Positions 9,550 to 19,700 of a stretch of DNA of 64,000 nt are shown here, piece after piece. Position numbers and translations under genes: made by a program. This DNA comes from Candidatus Aenigmatarchaeota archaeon (lineage in GTDB: Archaea; Aenigmatarchaeota; Aenigmatarchaeia; CG10238-14), in NCBI GenBank assembly GCA_026414305.1, contig JAOAJH010000003.1, positions 64,994 through 128,993 on the forward strand, in the 5' to 3' direction. The stretch's first letter is position 1, and each line of letters starts with the position of its first letter. Below the pieces are notes generated by a model that saw only the letters and a program-made list of their open reading frames with translations, ran no database searches and was not told the origin of the DNA.

Positions 9550-10083
9550 ATGGTTGTTATTGCCATTTCAGGATTGGCTGGGTCAGGTACATCAACCCTT
9601 GCTAAAATGCTTGCTAAAAAATTAGGGTTGAAATATTTTTCTCCGGGAGAATATTTTAAAAGCCATTCAAGCGGGAGCAATGAAACAGAGAGAGTAATGG
9701 ATGTATTTAAAAGTGGAAAGGGTTCTGACAAAGACTTTCATAAGAAGATTGATGAAATGCAGATAGATCTGGGGAAAAAAGGCAACATTGTAATTTGTGG
9801 TAAGCTTTCTATATTGATGCTTAAAGATATTGCTGACTACAAGATTTGGGTTGAATGTGATTTGAAAGAAAGGGCAAGAAGAACAGCAAAAAGGGATGGG
9901 ATAAGATTCGAAGATGCTTTGAAAGCTTTGAAAGAAAGAGAAAAACTACAGCTAAAAGAATGGAAAAAGGATTATGGTATAGACTATACTAGTCAAAAAA
10001 AAATGGCTGACTTGATTATAGATAATACAAATTTAAATGAAAACCAGGTTTTAAATATGGTTATAAAATTTATGAAAAAATAA
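9550..10083 (+). CDS. cmk: Archaeal-type cytidylate kinase
   Basis: IAISGLAGSGTST P-loop; ERARRTAKRDG; YGIDY; DLIID motifs. Confidence 0.88.
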   Translation: MVVIAISGLAGSGTSTLAKMLAKKLGLKYFSPGEYFKSHSSGSNETERVMDVFKSGKGSDKDFHKKIDEMQIDLGKKGNIVICGKLSILMLKDIADYKIWVECDLKERARRTAKRDGIRFEDALKALKEREKLQLKEWKKDYGIDYTSQKKMADLIIDNTNLNENQVLNMVIKFMKK

Positions 10084-10354
10084 CAATTGCGCTGTCGGAA
10101 AGAAGTTCAAAAACCACACCATCACGTCCAGCCGCAATATATCTATTTTCATCTGATCTCCTATTGCCATTCGGAAAATACGTTAATTGTAATTGTTCAC
10201 CATTGTTTGAACCAGGAAAATAAACAGTTCCTTGCCTAATCCCTCTGAAATAAAATGGTTTTCCATCACCATTATAAAGTCTTCCTTTTTCAACTGTATA
10301 CATTTTTTTTGAATCATTAATGATATTCATAATTATCACCAGTATTGGTACCAA
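10070..10354 (-). CDS. Hypothetical protein (start uncertain)
   Basis: ORF fills the gap between neighbours; no recognisable motif. Confidence 0.4.
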   Translation of the reverse strand: MVPILVIIMNIINDSKKMYTVEKGRLYNGDGKPFYFRGIRQGTVYFPGSNNGEQLQLTYFPNGNRRSDENRYIAAGRDGVVFELLSDSAIVIFS

Positions 10355-10401
10355 TAAATTCAGATTAAATTAATTAATATGTAAAGTATATAAAACTTTG
10401 T

Positions 10402-10767
10402 CTATTTTTTTGAAAATAAATATTTAGACGGCACTTCAAGCATTAGACCAGTTGAAAAATTGCATTTCTTGCAAATATAGCCAACGTGGCTTTTTTTACC
10501 AAACACGTCTATACCATATTTCTTCTCAAATTCATCCCCACATACAGGGCAGCTTTTCACATTCTTTCTCCTAAGAACTCTCTTCTTTATTTTTATTTCA
10601 ATTCCTCTTGTTTTCAACGCTATTAATTTTAATCTGCTCAAAGAAACTGAATAAGGATGTAGTTTTTTACTAACAATTTTATGCAATTCGGTTAAACTCT
10701 TTACAGAATTTTGCACACTCTTCATTAAAGCATCTTTAACCTGATTGTCAGAAGCTATTTTCCTCAC
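10402..10767 (-). CDS. Basic protein with C-terminal Zn ribbon
   Basis: CPVCG...CKKC; GTG start. Confidence 0.7.
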   Translation of the reverse strand: MRKIASDNQVKDALMKSVQNSVKSLTELHKIVSKKLHPYSVSLSRLKLIALKTRGIEIKIKKRVLRRKNVKSCPVCGDEFEKKYGIDVFGKKSHVGYICKKCNFSTGLMLEVPSKYLFSKK

Positions 10768-10811
10768 AATTAATTATATGTATTATTATTTTAAACTGCT
10801 TATTTATTTAC

Positions 10812-11081
10812 ATGAAGGTTTATTTTTTGTTCAAACCATGCAAAACTGATTCAGTGTTTGAGATAATACCACAAAAAGAAATAAACAGGAAACTGCTTAT
10901 AAAGGTCATACAAAAAGAGTTTAATGGAAAGATAGTTACAGACTCTAATTTTTTAACAGTTATAGATACAACCGAAGGTAAAGTTTCTGTTACAAAAAAC
11001 AACAAAATAATTTTAAGGGGTATTAAAGAAGATAAAGCAAAAGATATGGCAAATAAAATAATGAGATACTTTTTCAGCTGA
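10812..11081 (+). CDS. Small hypothetical protein
   Basis: 89-aa ORF with normal composition. Confidence 0.6.
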   Translation: MKVYFLFKPCKTDSVFEIIPQKEINRKLLIKVIQKEFNGKIVTDSNFLTVIDTTEGKVSVTKNNKIILRGIKEDKAKDMANKIMRYFFS

Positions 11082-11688
11082 TTAAATGAATATTTTCCTC
11101 TATTCTTTTGATTATTTCATTTTTTTCATTTGCCTTGAAAATCAAAAATATTTTACATTCTATACTGTTGTCTATTGAAAAACCTGTTGTTAAAACAAGA
11201 AATTTCTGGCTATAAACATCTTTAAATCCGAAAAATTCAACGGCTCTAGCAGGGTTTACAGACAGCTCTGGTCTGCTTTGCTCAAAATTGTCTGCGAATA
11301 ATTTTATTTCTGCATCTATAAAATATCCTATAATCAAATCGCAAATTTGTTTTATGACAGATACATTTTCGTCGCTTAGAGATTTATAAAAGCCATAATC
11401 TTTATGCAATGCTACATCGGCAAGCCTTAAAATATCATTTTCTCTTGAAAGGACAAATATTGTGTTTTGAATTCTATTTTCCACTTTCACCCATGTAACA
11501 ATAGGCTTATCTGTATAAGGATAAAATGTCTGTATCAAATCTTTTATTGACAAAATATCGACTTCTGATTTTAATGTCTTTATCTTTTTAGATAATGTTT
11601 GAGACAAAGCAGAAAATGAGTTTTTTGAAGCTATTGCTAAAGCTTTTTTAATCAACTCTTTTTCACTTGAAGTTATATCAGGCTTCAA
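11074..11688 (-). CDS. CheC-like protein with degenerate catalytic motifs
   Basis: CheC layout (ALSQTL..KI; second helix VIKQICDLIIGYF; PELSV); follows the receiver gene; TTG start. Confidence 0.65.
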   Translation of the reverse strand: MKPDITSSEKELIKKALAIASKNSFSALSQTLSKKIKTLKSEVDILSIKDLIQTFYPYTDKPIVTWVKVENRIQNTIFVLSRENDILRLADVALHKDYGFYKSLSDENVSVIKQICDLIIGYFIDAEIKLFADNFEQSRPELSVNPARAVEFFGFKDVYSQKFLVLTTGFSIDNSIECKIFLIFKANEKNEIIKRIEENIHLIS

Positions 11689-11701
11689 ACAATGTCGCCT
11701 T

Positions 11702-12067
11702 TTATTTTAGAGCTTTTTTTATTCTGCTAACTAGATCGTTGTTATCAAAAGGTTTTGTTATATAGTCTGATATACCAAGTTTAGCCACTTCTTTCTTCCC
11801 TATTTCAGACATTCTGGCAACTGTCAAAAATATTACTTTGATTTTTTTGGTTTCTTGGTTTTCTCTTATCTTTTCAAGCACATCTTTGCCTGTCATTCCT
11901 GGCATCATCATATCCAAAACTATCAAATCTGGTTTTATAGTCTTCAACCTATTTAGGCATTCCTTGCCATTAGAAGCTGTGTCTACTTGAAAACCTGCTT
12001 GTTCTAGCACTTCTTTAACCAATATCAATATATTCTCTTCATCATCTACTACCAGTATTTTTGTCAT
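11702..12067 (-). CDS. Stand-alone response regulator receiver (CheY-like)
   Basis: ILVVDD, PDLIVLDMMMP (phospho-acceptor Asp), FLT and YITKPF motifs. Confidence 0.96.
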   Translation of the reverse strand: MTKILVVDDEENILILVKEVLEQAGFQVDTASNGKECLNRLKTIKPDLIVLDMMMPGMTGKDVLEKIRENQETKKIKVIFLTVARMSEIGKKEVAKLGISDYITKPFDNNDLVSRIKKALK

Positions 12068-12197
12068 TTCTTCTCAAAACATAATTTTAAATAAACCTAA
12101 ATTTAAATTAAACGATTGAATGCTAGGTATCCTAGATGCTTTCAGTATAATCAATTTAGCATTAATTACCTACAGCACAAAAAGTGGTGGTACAAGA

Positions 12198-12395
12198 ATG
12201 GACATAGCAAAAGAAGCCAAAAACATAATAAAACAAATAGTTGGCGAAGAAGCAGCTGAAATGATAAATAAATTTTCTGATCCAAAAAGATATCCTAAAG
12301 AATTTTTAGAAGATTGTATCTATTTTTTAGCAAAATTTGTAGGTGAAGAGGCTGCAAGAGAAAGATTTTCAAAATTATATAAAAAATATGCTTAA
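12198..12395 (+). CDS. Small helical protein with duplicated VGEEAA motif
   Basis: GGTGG RBS before the ATG at 12198; 65 aa. Confidence 0.65.
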   Translation: MDIAKEAKNIIKQIVGEEAAEMINKFSDPKRYPKEFLEDCIYFLAKFVGEEAARERFSKLYKKYA

Positions 12396-13144
12396 GATTT
12401 GATTATCTTTTTTGTTGTCTTTAAGTGATGGTAAAAGCCATATGCTAGACTTAGATATGACAAAATCCAAAGTAAATCTATCCATTCGCCTGTTTCGTAA
12501 ATTTCAATAATATTGTAATATATTATATCTGCTATCAATATCAATGAAAATGACAAAAGAATTATGCTCCAAGATTTGAAAAATTCGCTTTTGCTAATAT
12601 TTGAAACAACAATAAAAGTCTTTAAAAGAAGTGATGAATCTAAAAACACATAACTCAAAATTAAGATTTCTTCAACTAGTGTAATACTTTTGGAACTAAA
12701 TTCAATAAGGATTAATGTAAATATTGTGACAAACAAGGTAATAATTGATGAAAAAACAATTTTTGTTGTTGTTATCTTTGATTTTGAAATTTTAAACAAA
12801 TTAAAGATGCCTATAATAAAAAATGGGTAACCTAATAGCCAGAAAAAGTCTGCTAGAGATATTTTAGGTGACATTATACCATTTAATTCATATAAAAACC
12901 ATGCTGTTTCTGCCAAAAACCATGATAATGCGCCTAAAAACATGAAAAATAAAGATTTACCTTGAATGTTTTTATAACCATATGGTTTGTAAGCTAAAAA
13001 AGCAAACAAAAAGAACAAAGATGAATTTATTACAGGAAGCAAGTCTGCCAAAATATAAAAATTATCACCAAAAGGTCTAGTTATATATAAAGCAATATCA
13101 GCTAAACCTATTAAAACAAATAATATTATTGGATTTAATCTCAT
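12392..13144 (-). CDS. Multi-TM (about 7) membrane protein resembling stand-alone membrane sensor domains
   Basis: LSWFLAETAW, SLADFFWLLGYPF and IDLLWILSY patterns. ATGA overlap with the kinase gene. Confidence 0.65.
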   Translation of the reverse strand: MRLNPIILFVLIGLADIALYITRPFGDNFYILADLLPVINSSLFFLFAFLAYKPYGYKNIQGKSLFFMFLGALSWFLAETAWFLYELNGIMSPKISLADFFWLLGYPFFIIGIFNLFKISKSKITTTKIVFSSIITLFVTIFTLILIEFSSKSITLVEEILILSYVFLDSSLLLKTFIVVSNISKSEFFKSWSIILLSFSLILIADIIYYNIIEIYETGEWIDLLWILSYLSLAYGFYHHLKTTKKIIKS

Positions 13145-14256
13145 CTTTTCACTCTACTATTTATTGGTAAAGTGAAATAAAAAGTTGTGCCTTTGCCAAC
13201 CTCACTATCAAACCATATTTTTCCTCCCATTTTGTTTACAAGCTCTTTACAAACAGACAAGCCTAACCCATAACCTTTGTTTTCTCTTGTATATGTCGGA
13301 TCAACTTGGAAAAACCTTTCAAATATTTTTTTATGATATTTTTTATCTATACCTATTCCTGTGTCAATTACAGAAAATTTTATGAATTTCCCTTGTTTTT
13401 CAGCAACAACCTTGACAAAGCCTTTCTCTGTATATTTTATCGCATTGCTTACAAGATTGATCAATATTTCATAAAGTTTCTCTCTGTCTGTCTTTATCTT
13501 TATTTTATTTTTACATTCATAACTCAATTGCAACTTTTTCTCTTTAGCTAATTGCTGCATTTCTTTTTGAACTCTGTCTAATATTTCGCTAATGTCTACA
13601 TCTTCTACTATGAATTTTATAGTACCTAGATCTATTCTTGTCAAATCAAGCAAATCGGTAACAAGCAATGACAGTCTATCAACCTCATTCTCAATTATTT
13701 TCAAATATTTGCTTCTTTTTTCTTTATCCTTAACCAATTCATCATTATTCAGTAATTGTGTAAAGCCTTTTATTGCTGCCATTGGTGTTTTTAATTCATG
13801 TGCAGCTATTGAAAGAAACATGTTCTTTTCTTTGTTTAATTCTTTTAATTTTTTTATTGATTCGTGCAATTTTTTTTCTGCAATAACTTTGGTAGTAACA
13901 TCGCGTGCAACGCCCAAAACAAAATATTTTTTCTTCGAACCACAATAACATCTTTTTGCAATTACTTCAACTGTCGTTATCTTACCTGTTTTAACATTTT
14001 TTATGTCGACATTGGCAGGACCTATTTGCTTGCCACTCAGAACAGATTTAACAAGATAACTCACTTTTTTGATTTCATAATCTGGAAATATGCCCAAATT
14101 TATAAATTCTTTTGATTTTAATTTTTTCGGAGTTAAACCTGTTATCTTTTCAGCCATTTTATTAGCATAAACAAAAATACCCTTTTCATCATGTATATAA
14201 TAAATATCAGGTGCAAAATCAAAAAGTTTCTTCCACATATTTGGGTTCAATTTCAT
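13141..14256 (-). CDS. Cytoplasmic PAS-HisKA-HATPase sensor histidine kinase
   Basis: PAS domain (YANK..EKITG...ARDVT); H box AHELKTP; N box NLVSNAIKY; DTGIGI, IFERF and GYGLGL boxes. Confidence 0.96.
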   Translation of the reverse strand: MKLNPNMWKKLFDFAPDIYYIHDEKGIFVYANKMAEKITGLTPKKLKSKEFINLGIFPDYEIKKVSYLVKSVLSGKQIGPANVDIKNVKTGKITTVEVIAKRCYCGSKKKYFVLGVARDVTTKVIAEKKLHESIKKLKELNKEKNMFLSIAAHELKTPMAAIKGFTQLLNNDELVKDKEKRSKYLKIIENEVDRLSLLVTDLLDLTRIDLGTIKFIVEDVDISEILDRVQKEMQQLAKEKKLQLSYECKNKIKIKTDREKLYEILINLVSNAIKYTEKGFVKVVAEKQGKFIKFSVIDTGIGIDKKYHKKIFERFFQVDPTYTRENKGYGLGLSVCKELVNKMGGKIWFDSEVGKGTTFYFTLPINSRVKR

Positions 14257-15645
14257 TTACTTCACCAACATTCTTGATGTTTTCTGATAGGCTTTCTCGC
14301 TAATCAAACCTTTCTTGTATAATTCTTTTAAATCGTTTAGCAATTTTGTGCTTTTATCTTCTTCAACTGGTGCTGGTTGAGGCTCTGGTTGAGGTTGTAC
14401 GACAGGTTGTGGAACAGGTTGTGCTTGAACTCCTTTTATCCTTTCTATGCTTTCCCTTATTTGCTTGTCAATATTTGCAAGTTTCTCCAAGTTAGCTTCT
14501 CTTATTTTTTTATAATCCTGTTCCTTTATAGCTCTGTTTTTATATTGCTCGTCAATGTTGCTTAAAAGAGTGCTTATCTCTTGTTTTTGTTTTTGCAATT
14601 GTTGTATCTCTTCTGGCAATGGACCTAAGAATGGTATGCCACTAGAAACTGATTTTTTAACATCTTCCAAATCTTTTGTGAATGATGTAAACAATTCTTT
14701 CATTTTATAAAGTTCTTCTTCTGTTGCCAATTTGCCGATTTTAACATTTATATCATCAACAGCCTTGAGCAAATCTTTTGATAAACCATCTATTTGTATC
14801 TGTTTATTCTTATATTCCTCAAATTCCTCTAATTTTTTATTCAACTCAACAAACAATTTTTCAATTTTCTCAGAAATCTTTTCAACATCTCTCAGCATAT
14901 TCTCCATTTTCACAAATTTTTCATTTATTCTTTTGCTGACATTTACAAGATTCTCAACACTTCCTATTTCTTTGAACACGTTTCTAATCTCATTAACATC
15001 TTTAACCATGTCATAAGAAACTTTTTCTAGTTTTTCAAGCCTTAAATTTTGATTGGCTAACTCTTTATCTCTTTTTTGCAATTCTCTTGTATATTGTTCT
15101 GGCTTGACATCATTGAAAACTTCCTCTATCTTTTGCACTTTTACATTCATCTTGTCAATTTCGCTTTCTTTTTGAAATATCATTGATCTCAATTCGCCTA
15201 TTCCTTCTGTCAGTCTTTGCAACTTTTCATCTGTAGCAACCCTCAAATCTTTTTGAGCATCAAGAAATGCCTTTATCCTTTCCATTTCAACATTTATCTT
15301 GTTTATTTCTGTCTCTATTTTTTTGTTAAGTTCAATTATTATTTCTGATTTAATTTTTGCTGTATCAGCTGTCTTAGCCACTTGCACTGATGGTTGAGGT
15401 TGGCTCTGAGGTTGTTGCAAAGTTTGAGTTTGTGCAGGCTGCTCAACTTCTGGTTGAATCTGTACAGGTTCGCCGCCTAACTTTTGTATTTCTGCTTCTA
15501 TAGTTGCCAGTTTTGCCTTGTTTTTATTTTTTATCTCATTATAAGTATTATCGCTTATTTGAGCTCTGCCATACTCATCCTCAAGCGATTTAAGGAGATT
15601 CTCTATTTCTTTCTTCTGCTCTATTAGCTCGTTTAAGTCAGCCAT
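14257..15645 (-). CDS. Long coiled-coil protein with three SHOCT/CdvA-like helical motifs and Q/P-rich linkers
   Basis: LEDEY...IS...Y, IDEQY...IK...Y and LKELYKKGLISEKAY repeats flank a long heptad-rich segment. Confidence 0.75.
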   Translation of the reverse strand: MADLNELIEQKKEIENLLKSLEDEYGRAQISDNTYNEIKNKNKAKLATIEAEIQKLGGEPVQIQPEVEQPAQTQTLQQPQSQPQPSVQVAKTADTAKIKSEIIIELNKKIETEINKINVEMERIKAFLDAQKDLRVATDEKLQRLTEGIGELRSMIFQKESEIDKMNVKVQKIEEVFNDVKPEQYTRELQKRDKELANQNLRLEKLEKVSYDMVKDVNEIRNVFKEIGSVENLVNVSKRINEKFVKMENMLRDVEKISEKIEKLFVELNKKLEEFEEYKNKQIQIDGLSKDLLKAVDDINVKIGKLATEEELYKMKELFTSFTKDLEDVKKSVSSGIPFLGPLPEEIQQLQKQKQEISTLLSNIDEQYKNRAIKEQDYKKIREANLEKLANIDKQIRESIERIKGVQAQPVPQPVVQPQPEPQPAPVEEDKSTKLLNDLKELYKKGLISEKAYQKTSRMLVK

Positions 15646-15690
15646 AGTTTAACAACCTATATATTTATTTTGTTTTTTAAATTTGAAATT

Positions 15691-16760
15691 CTACCTCCTT
15701 TCCAAAGCTTTTAGCCTGCTGTCAACTGATTCAAGATATGTCTGAGCCATCTTGAACATACCCTGTTTCATTTTATCTTTTGCTATATTCAATTCTAATT
15801 CAACATCATAAGTATCAATCTTTCTTGCTTTCAACTTCTCTATTCTTTGATCTGCTTCATTTATCTTTTGCTGAGTAGCGTCATATTCAGCCAATTCCTC
15901 ATCTGTTAATCTGTGTGTGTCATGCAATAATGGTCTGAATGACAAGAACCATGGTTTACCTTCATTGTATTCTGGATTTTGCACTAAACCTGTACCTGTT
16001 GTTAGCTTTGTTATTCTAGCTGCATAATCAGCGCCATACTTTGTCTTTACTCTATTGATATCGCCTTCATACTTTGTTCTCAACTGTATTTCTGTTCCGA
16101 TGTTGGCTCTAATTGCGCCTCTGAAATCCATAAGGACTTGAGATATCATGAATAGACCGATACCCCACTTTCTGAATTCTCTTGCACCTCTTTCCAATGC
16201 TACAAAACCGCCTTTACCACCATATTTTGGAAGCAATCTATGAACTTCATCATACACCATTAATAGCTTTAGCTGTTTAGATTCTGGCAAGTTCATGTCG
16301 AATATTTCTTGTATAGATGCTCTTATCAGTGTGTCTATATCTGCCATCGACAATTTATTCATAACAAATACTGTTATTTCTCCTGGTTTCATGTATTGCT
16401 TCAAATTCAACTTCATGTGTGGATCTTTTACTATTATTATATTTGTCTTGAAACCTCTTGCATCTTCTCTCTTTAAGCCGAATTGTGGATATAACTTGAA
16501 CATTTCTTCATCTTTACATGGCCTTATGAAACCAGTCCATTGTGCAGTTGGATCAAATACAATTACAGGTATGTCCCTCTTTAATAACTCTTCAGCAGTT
16601 GCCATAGCTGATACTGTTTTACCTGAACCAGTACCACCTGCAGCTAAGCTATGCATTACAAGTTTGTTTATATCTGTGTAAGCGTTTATATCAGTTTCAG
16701 CTACTTTACCAACCAAAACTGTGTTTGGACCTGGTTGTGGCAGCTTTTTAACATCAACCG
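15691..16760 (-). other. Cytoplasmic HerA/FtsK-superfamily ATPase domain plus terminal coiled coil of the giant protein
   Basis: H..AAGGTGSGKT (~16613-16655), VIVFDPT, LMVYDEVHRLLP (~16230-16263), REFRKWGIGLFMISQ, IRAN and LTTGTGL. Confidence 0.9.
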
Positions 16761-19700
16761 GGAATATGTACTTTGCTTTTATCTTCTTCATTGTTGTATA
16801 ATATCTGTAAGCTCTGTAGCCAATTATAGTTGCCGGAGCTATCAATAACAAAACAGCATATGTTATCCAACTTGTTGCTAAAGCCTTCAATATTATTAAT
16901 GGTGCTGGAAGATAAACAACATCAAATGCTGTTGCTGCTCTAGCAACTTTCTTTCCATACCAATATGAAGCTGTTACCTCTAGTATGTATCTTTCTGTTG
17001 GTGTATCTTCTGGTATATCAAACGTCTTAATAAATGTTAAAACGTCTTCAACTGCAACTGTTTCCTGAGATCTTGTAATAACCTCTTCTGTCTTAAGATT
17101 CCTCAATGTGTAATTCAAAACAATATCCTCAACTTTTGCAGTTTGACCCATGTTCAAAACTGTTACTTGGAATTTAGCCTGGTGCCCAGGCTGAACTGAT
17201 TTTGTTAATGATTCTACTTTTACATCAAGCAATGGTTCTGGACCATAATCAACTTTTATCGTAATTGGTGTTCTGTGCTGTTTATCTCCAATTGTTGTAA
17301 CAAGATCAGCTGTGTATATACCAGGTTGATTTGATGGTAATGCAAATACTTTAACTTTAATTACTTTGGTTGATTTAGGTGCAACTGTAAAGCTTGATTC
17401 TTCAAGCATTATCATTTCCCATGCAAATCCTTCTACTTTAATTTCACCTTTCATCTCACTCTCTTCATTGTTTGTTATTTCAATTGAATGTATCTCTTCC
17501 TCTCCTGGCTTCAAAGTCACAAACAACAAAGTTGATTTAATTGAAAATGGCACACCTGGAATTGTTATTTGACCTAAACCTGCTCCTCCGGCTCCGCCAC
17601 CGCCTCCACCTGCACCACCTGCCGCACCACCTGCTGCTTGCGGTGGTAATGTAACTGGTGGTGGTAATGGACAATCAGCTGGACATGTAAATGTTGATTC
17701 ACCATAACCATGATCGCATGTGTTATCTCCACATATATATGGAGCTAATGCATATGCACCTGAAATATTGCCTGTTACTTGAGCTGTAGCTGTGTGCAAT
17801 GTTGAATTGACTGTTGTTGTTAATCTTGTCCATGAACCCAAACATCCTGTTTTTCTTACCCAATTATCGCACCTGAATAAAGCTAATGATCCTTCAAAGA
17901 ATGCAGCTGGTCTGCAATCATTATTCATCTTGCATATTGTCTTGCTCATATAATCGCTGTAATCAAATGTTATGCTTGTGTTTGTTGTATTCAATACAGT
18001 TTCAATATACAGTCCTTGCAGAGTGCCTATACTAACTCTTTCAGAAGGTATGTCACCAAATATCATTGGATTAAAAACATCTGTTATTATTTCAACATTT
18101 CTTGAAAGTATTGTTGAATTGAAAATTGATGCTTGCAGGTCATATCTTCTTGCATCTATCAATACATTGTAATAACCATTAGCCATATTTGGTGTGATAT
18201 TAAACAGCATTTGTGTTGTGTCAGGTTGATATAAAGTGAAGTTTACAAATGTTATCGGTTCTGCAGCATGCTCATAATCTTTTGAATATCCATGGAATAA
18301 AGCTGCAGGATATATCTGAAATTCAGATGATGCATTTCCACAATTATTTGAATAATCACAAGCTGTTGCATTGATTGTATAAACACCTAACAAGGTTGTG
18401 TTTGTTATGTTGTACTGATAATAGTATGTATTATTGACTCTGTACAAGAATATAAATGAAATTTGTTGTGTTCTGTTGTCTGGATATGTTATTATAGCTG
18501 GAACATTTCTCAAATTACCTTCTTCGTATGCTATGCCATTAACTGTTGCAACATAACCAGCTGGAACTTTGGATGGAACTATCAAAGTCAATTGAGGTGG
18601 TATTGAATCCATGTAATTTATAGACCTATATTCAACATCACTTCTTATCAAATTGTCAAACGTATCATTTGCTGTTATATTCAAATCATATGCTCTATTT
18701 TCTGGAAGCATTGGTGCTGTAAAGTTGACTATCCATAATTGTTGTGATGGTGAATAGTAAGCAGAGTCAACAACAACTGCTTGCGAAAATGATTCGTTGA
18801 AAATTCTGACAAAGAATGTTACATTATCTGTCAACACTTGACCAAATGTGACATTAACTCTTGCTGATATAGTGTCGCCAAATGTTATTCCTGTTATTGG
18901 ATTTGTTGACGTTGGATATTTAATGTCAACATAATATGGCGTGACATGCAAGCTAACAAATGTTGATTTTTGTTGATCAGCCGTTGTATTTCCTGTAGTT
19001 ATATAGCCAGTAAAGTTGCTTATTTGAGCTATGTTAGGCACAGTGTAATTTATTTTAATTGTATAGACAGCTCCAATTGGAATTGTAATGTATGATTCTG
19101 CCAAAGATAGATAAGATGATATATTTCCTGTCTTTTCAACTTTCAAAAGCAATGGAGTATTACCTGTATTTTGCAATTCAATGCTTCCATAATAGCCATA
19201 TGAATCACCTAAGACGTTTCTATATATTTCTAGAGGTGACTGAGTCCAAGACAAATTCATTGGTACAATGACATATATTGGAACATTCATCGAAATGTTT
19301 GTTGCATTTACTTGTATAGTTCCATTGTATGTACCCAGTGGATATTGTCTAGGCACTGCAACTGAAATGTTGACATAAGCTGCTTCTGAAACATTCAATC
19401 TGCTGATAAATGATGGTATGAATGATATATTGAAATCTTGGCATACTGTTCCGGATAAGCAAGAAAATGTTATGTTTGTAACATCGTCATTACCTATTGA
19501 TTGAATAGTCAAAGTACCATTATTTTCAGTGCCGTCTGGAACATACACAGTAACATTGGAAGATAAATTCAATTTTGGATTTGACAAAACTTCAAATTCT
19601 AATTGGCTCAACGATTCATCAGTTGTATTGTCTAGATTAATCCATGAGTTGCTAAAGTTAAGCATGTATTTTCCTGGCTTTGTTGCAGGTGATATGTTGA

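Noticed and set aside
15691..16760. Canonical HerA repair helicase or HerA-based defence system
   Set aside because: No NurA/Mre11/Rad50 or Sir2/nuclease partner is present, and the domain is fused behind a TM helix.
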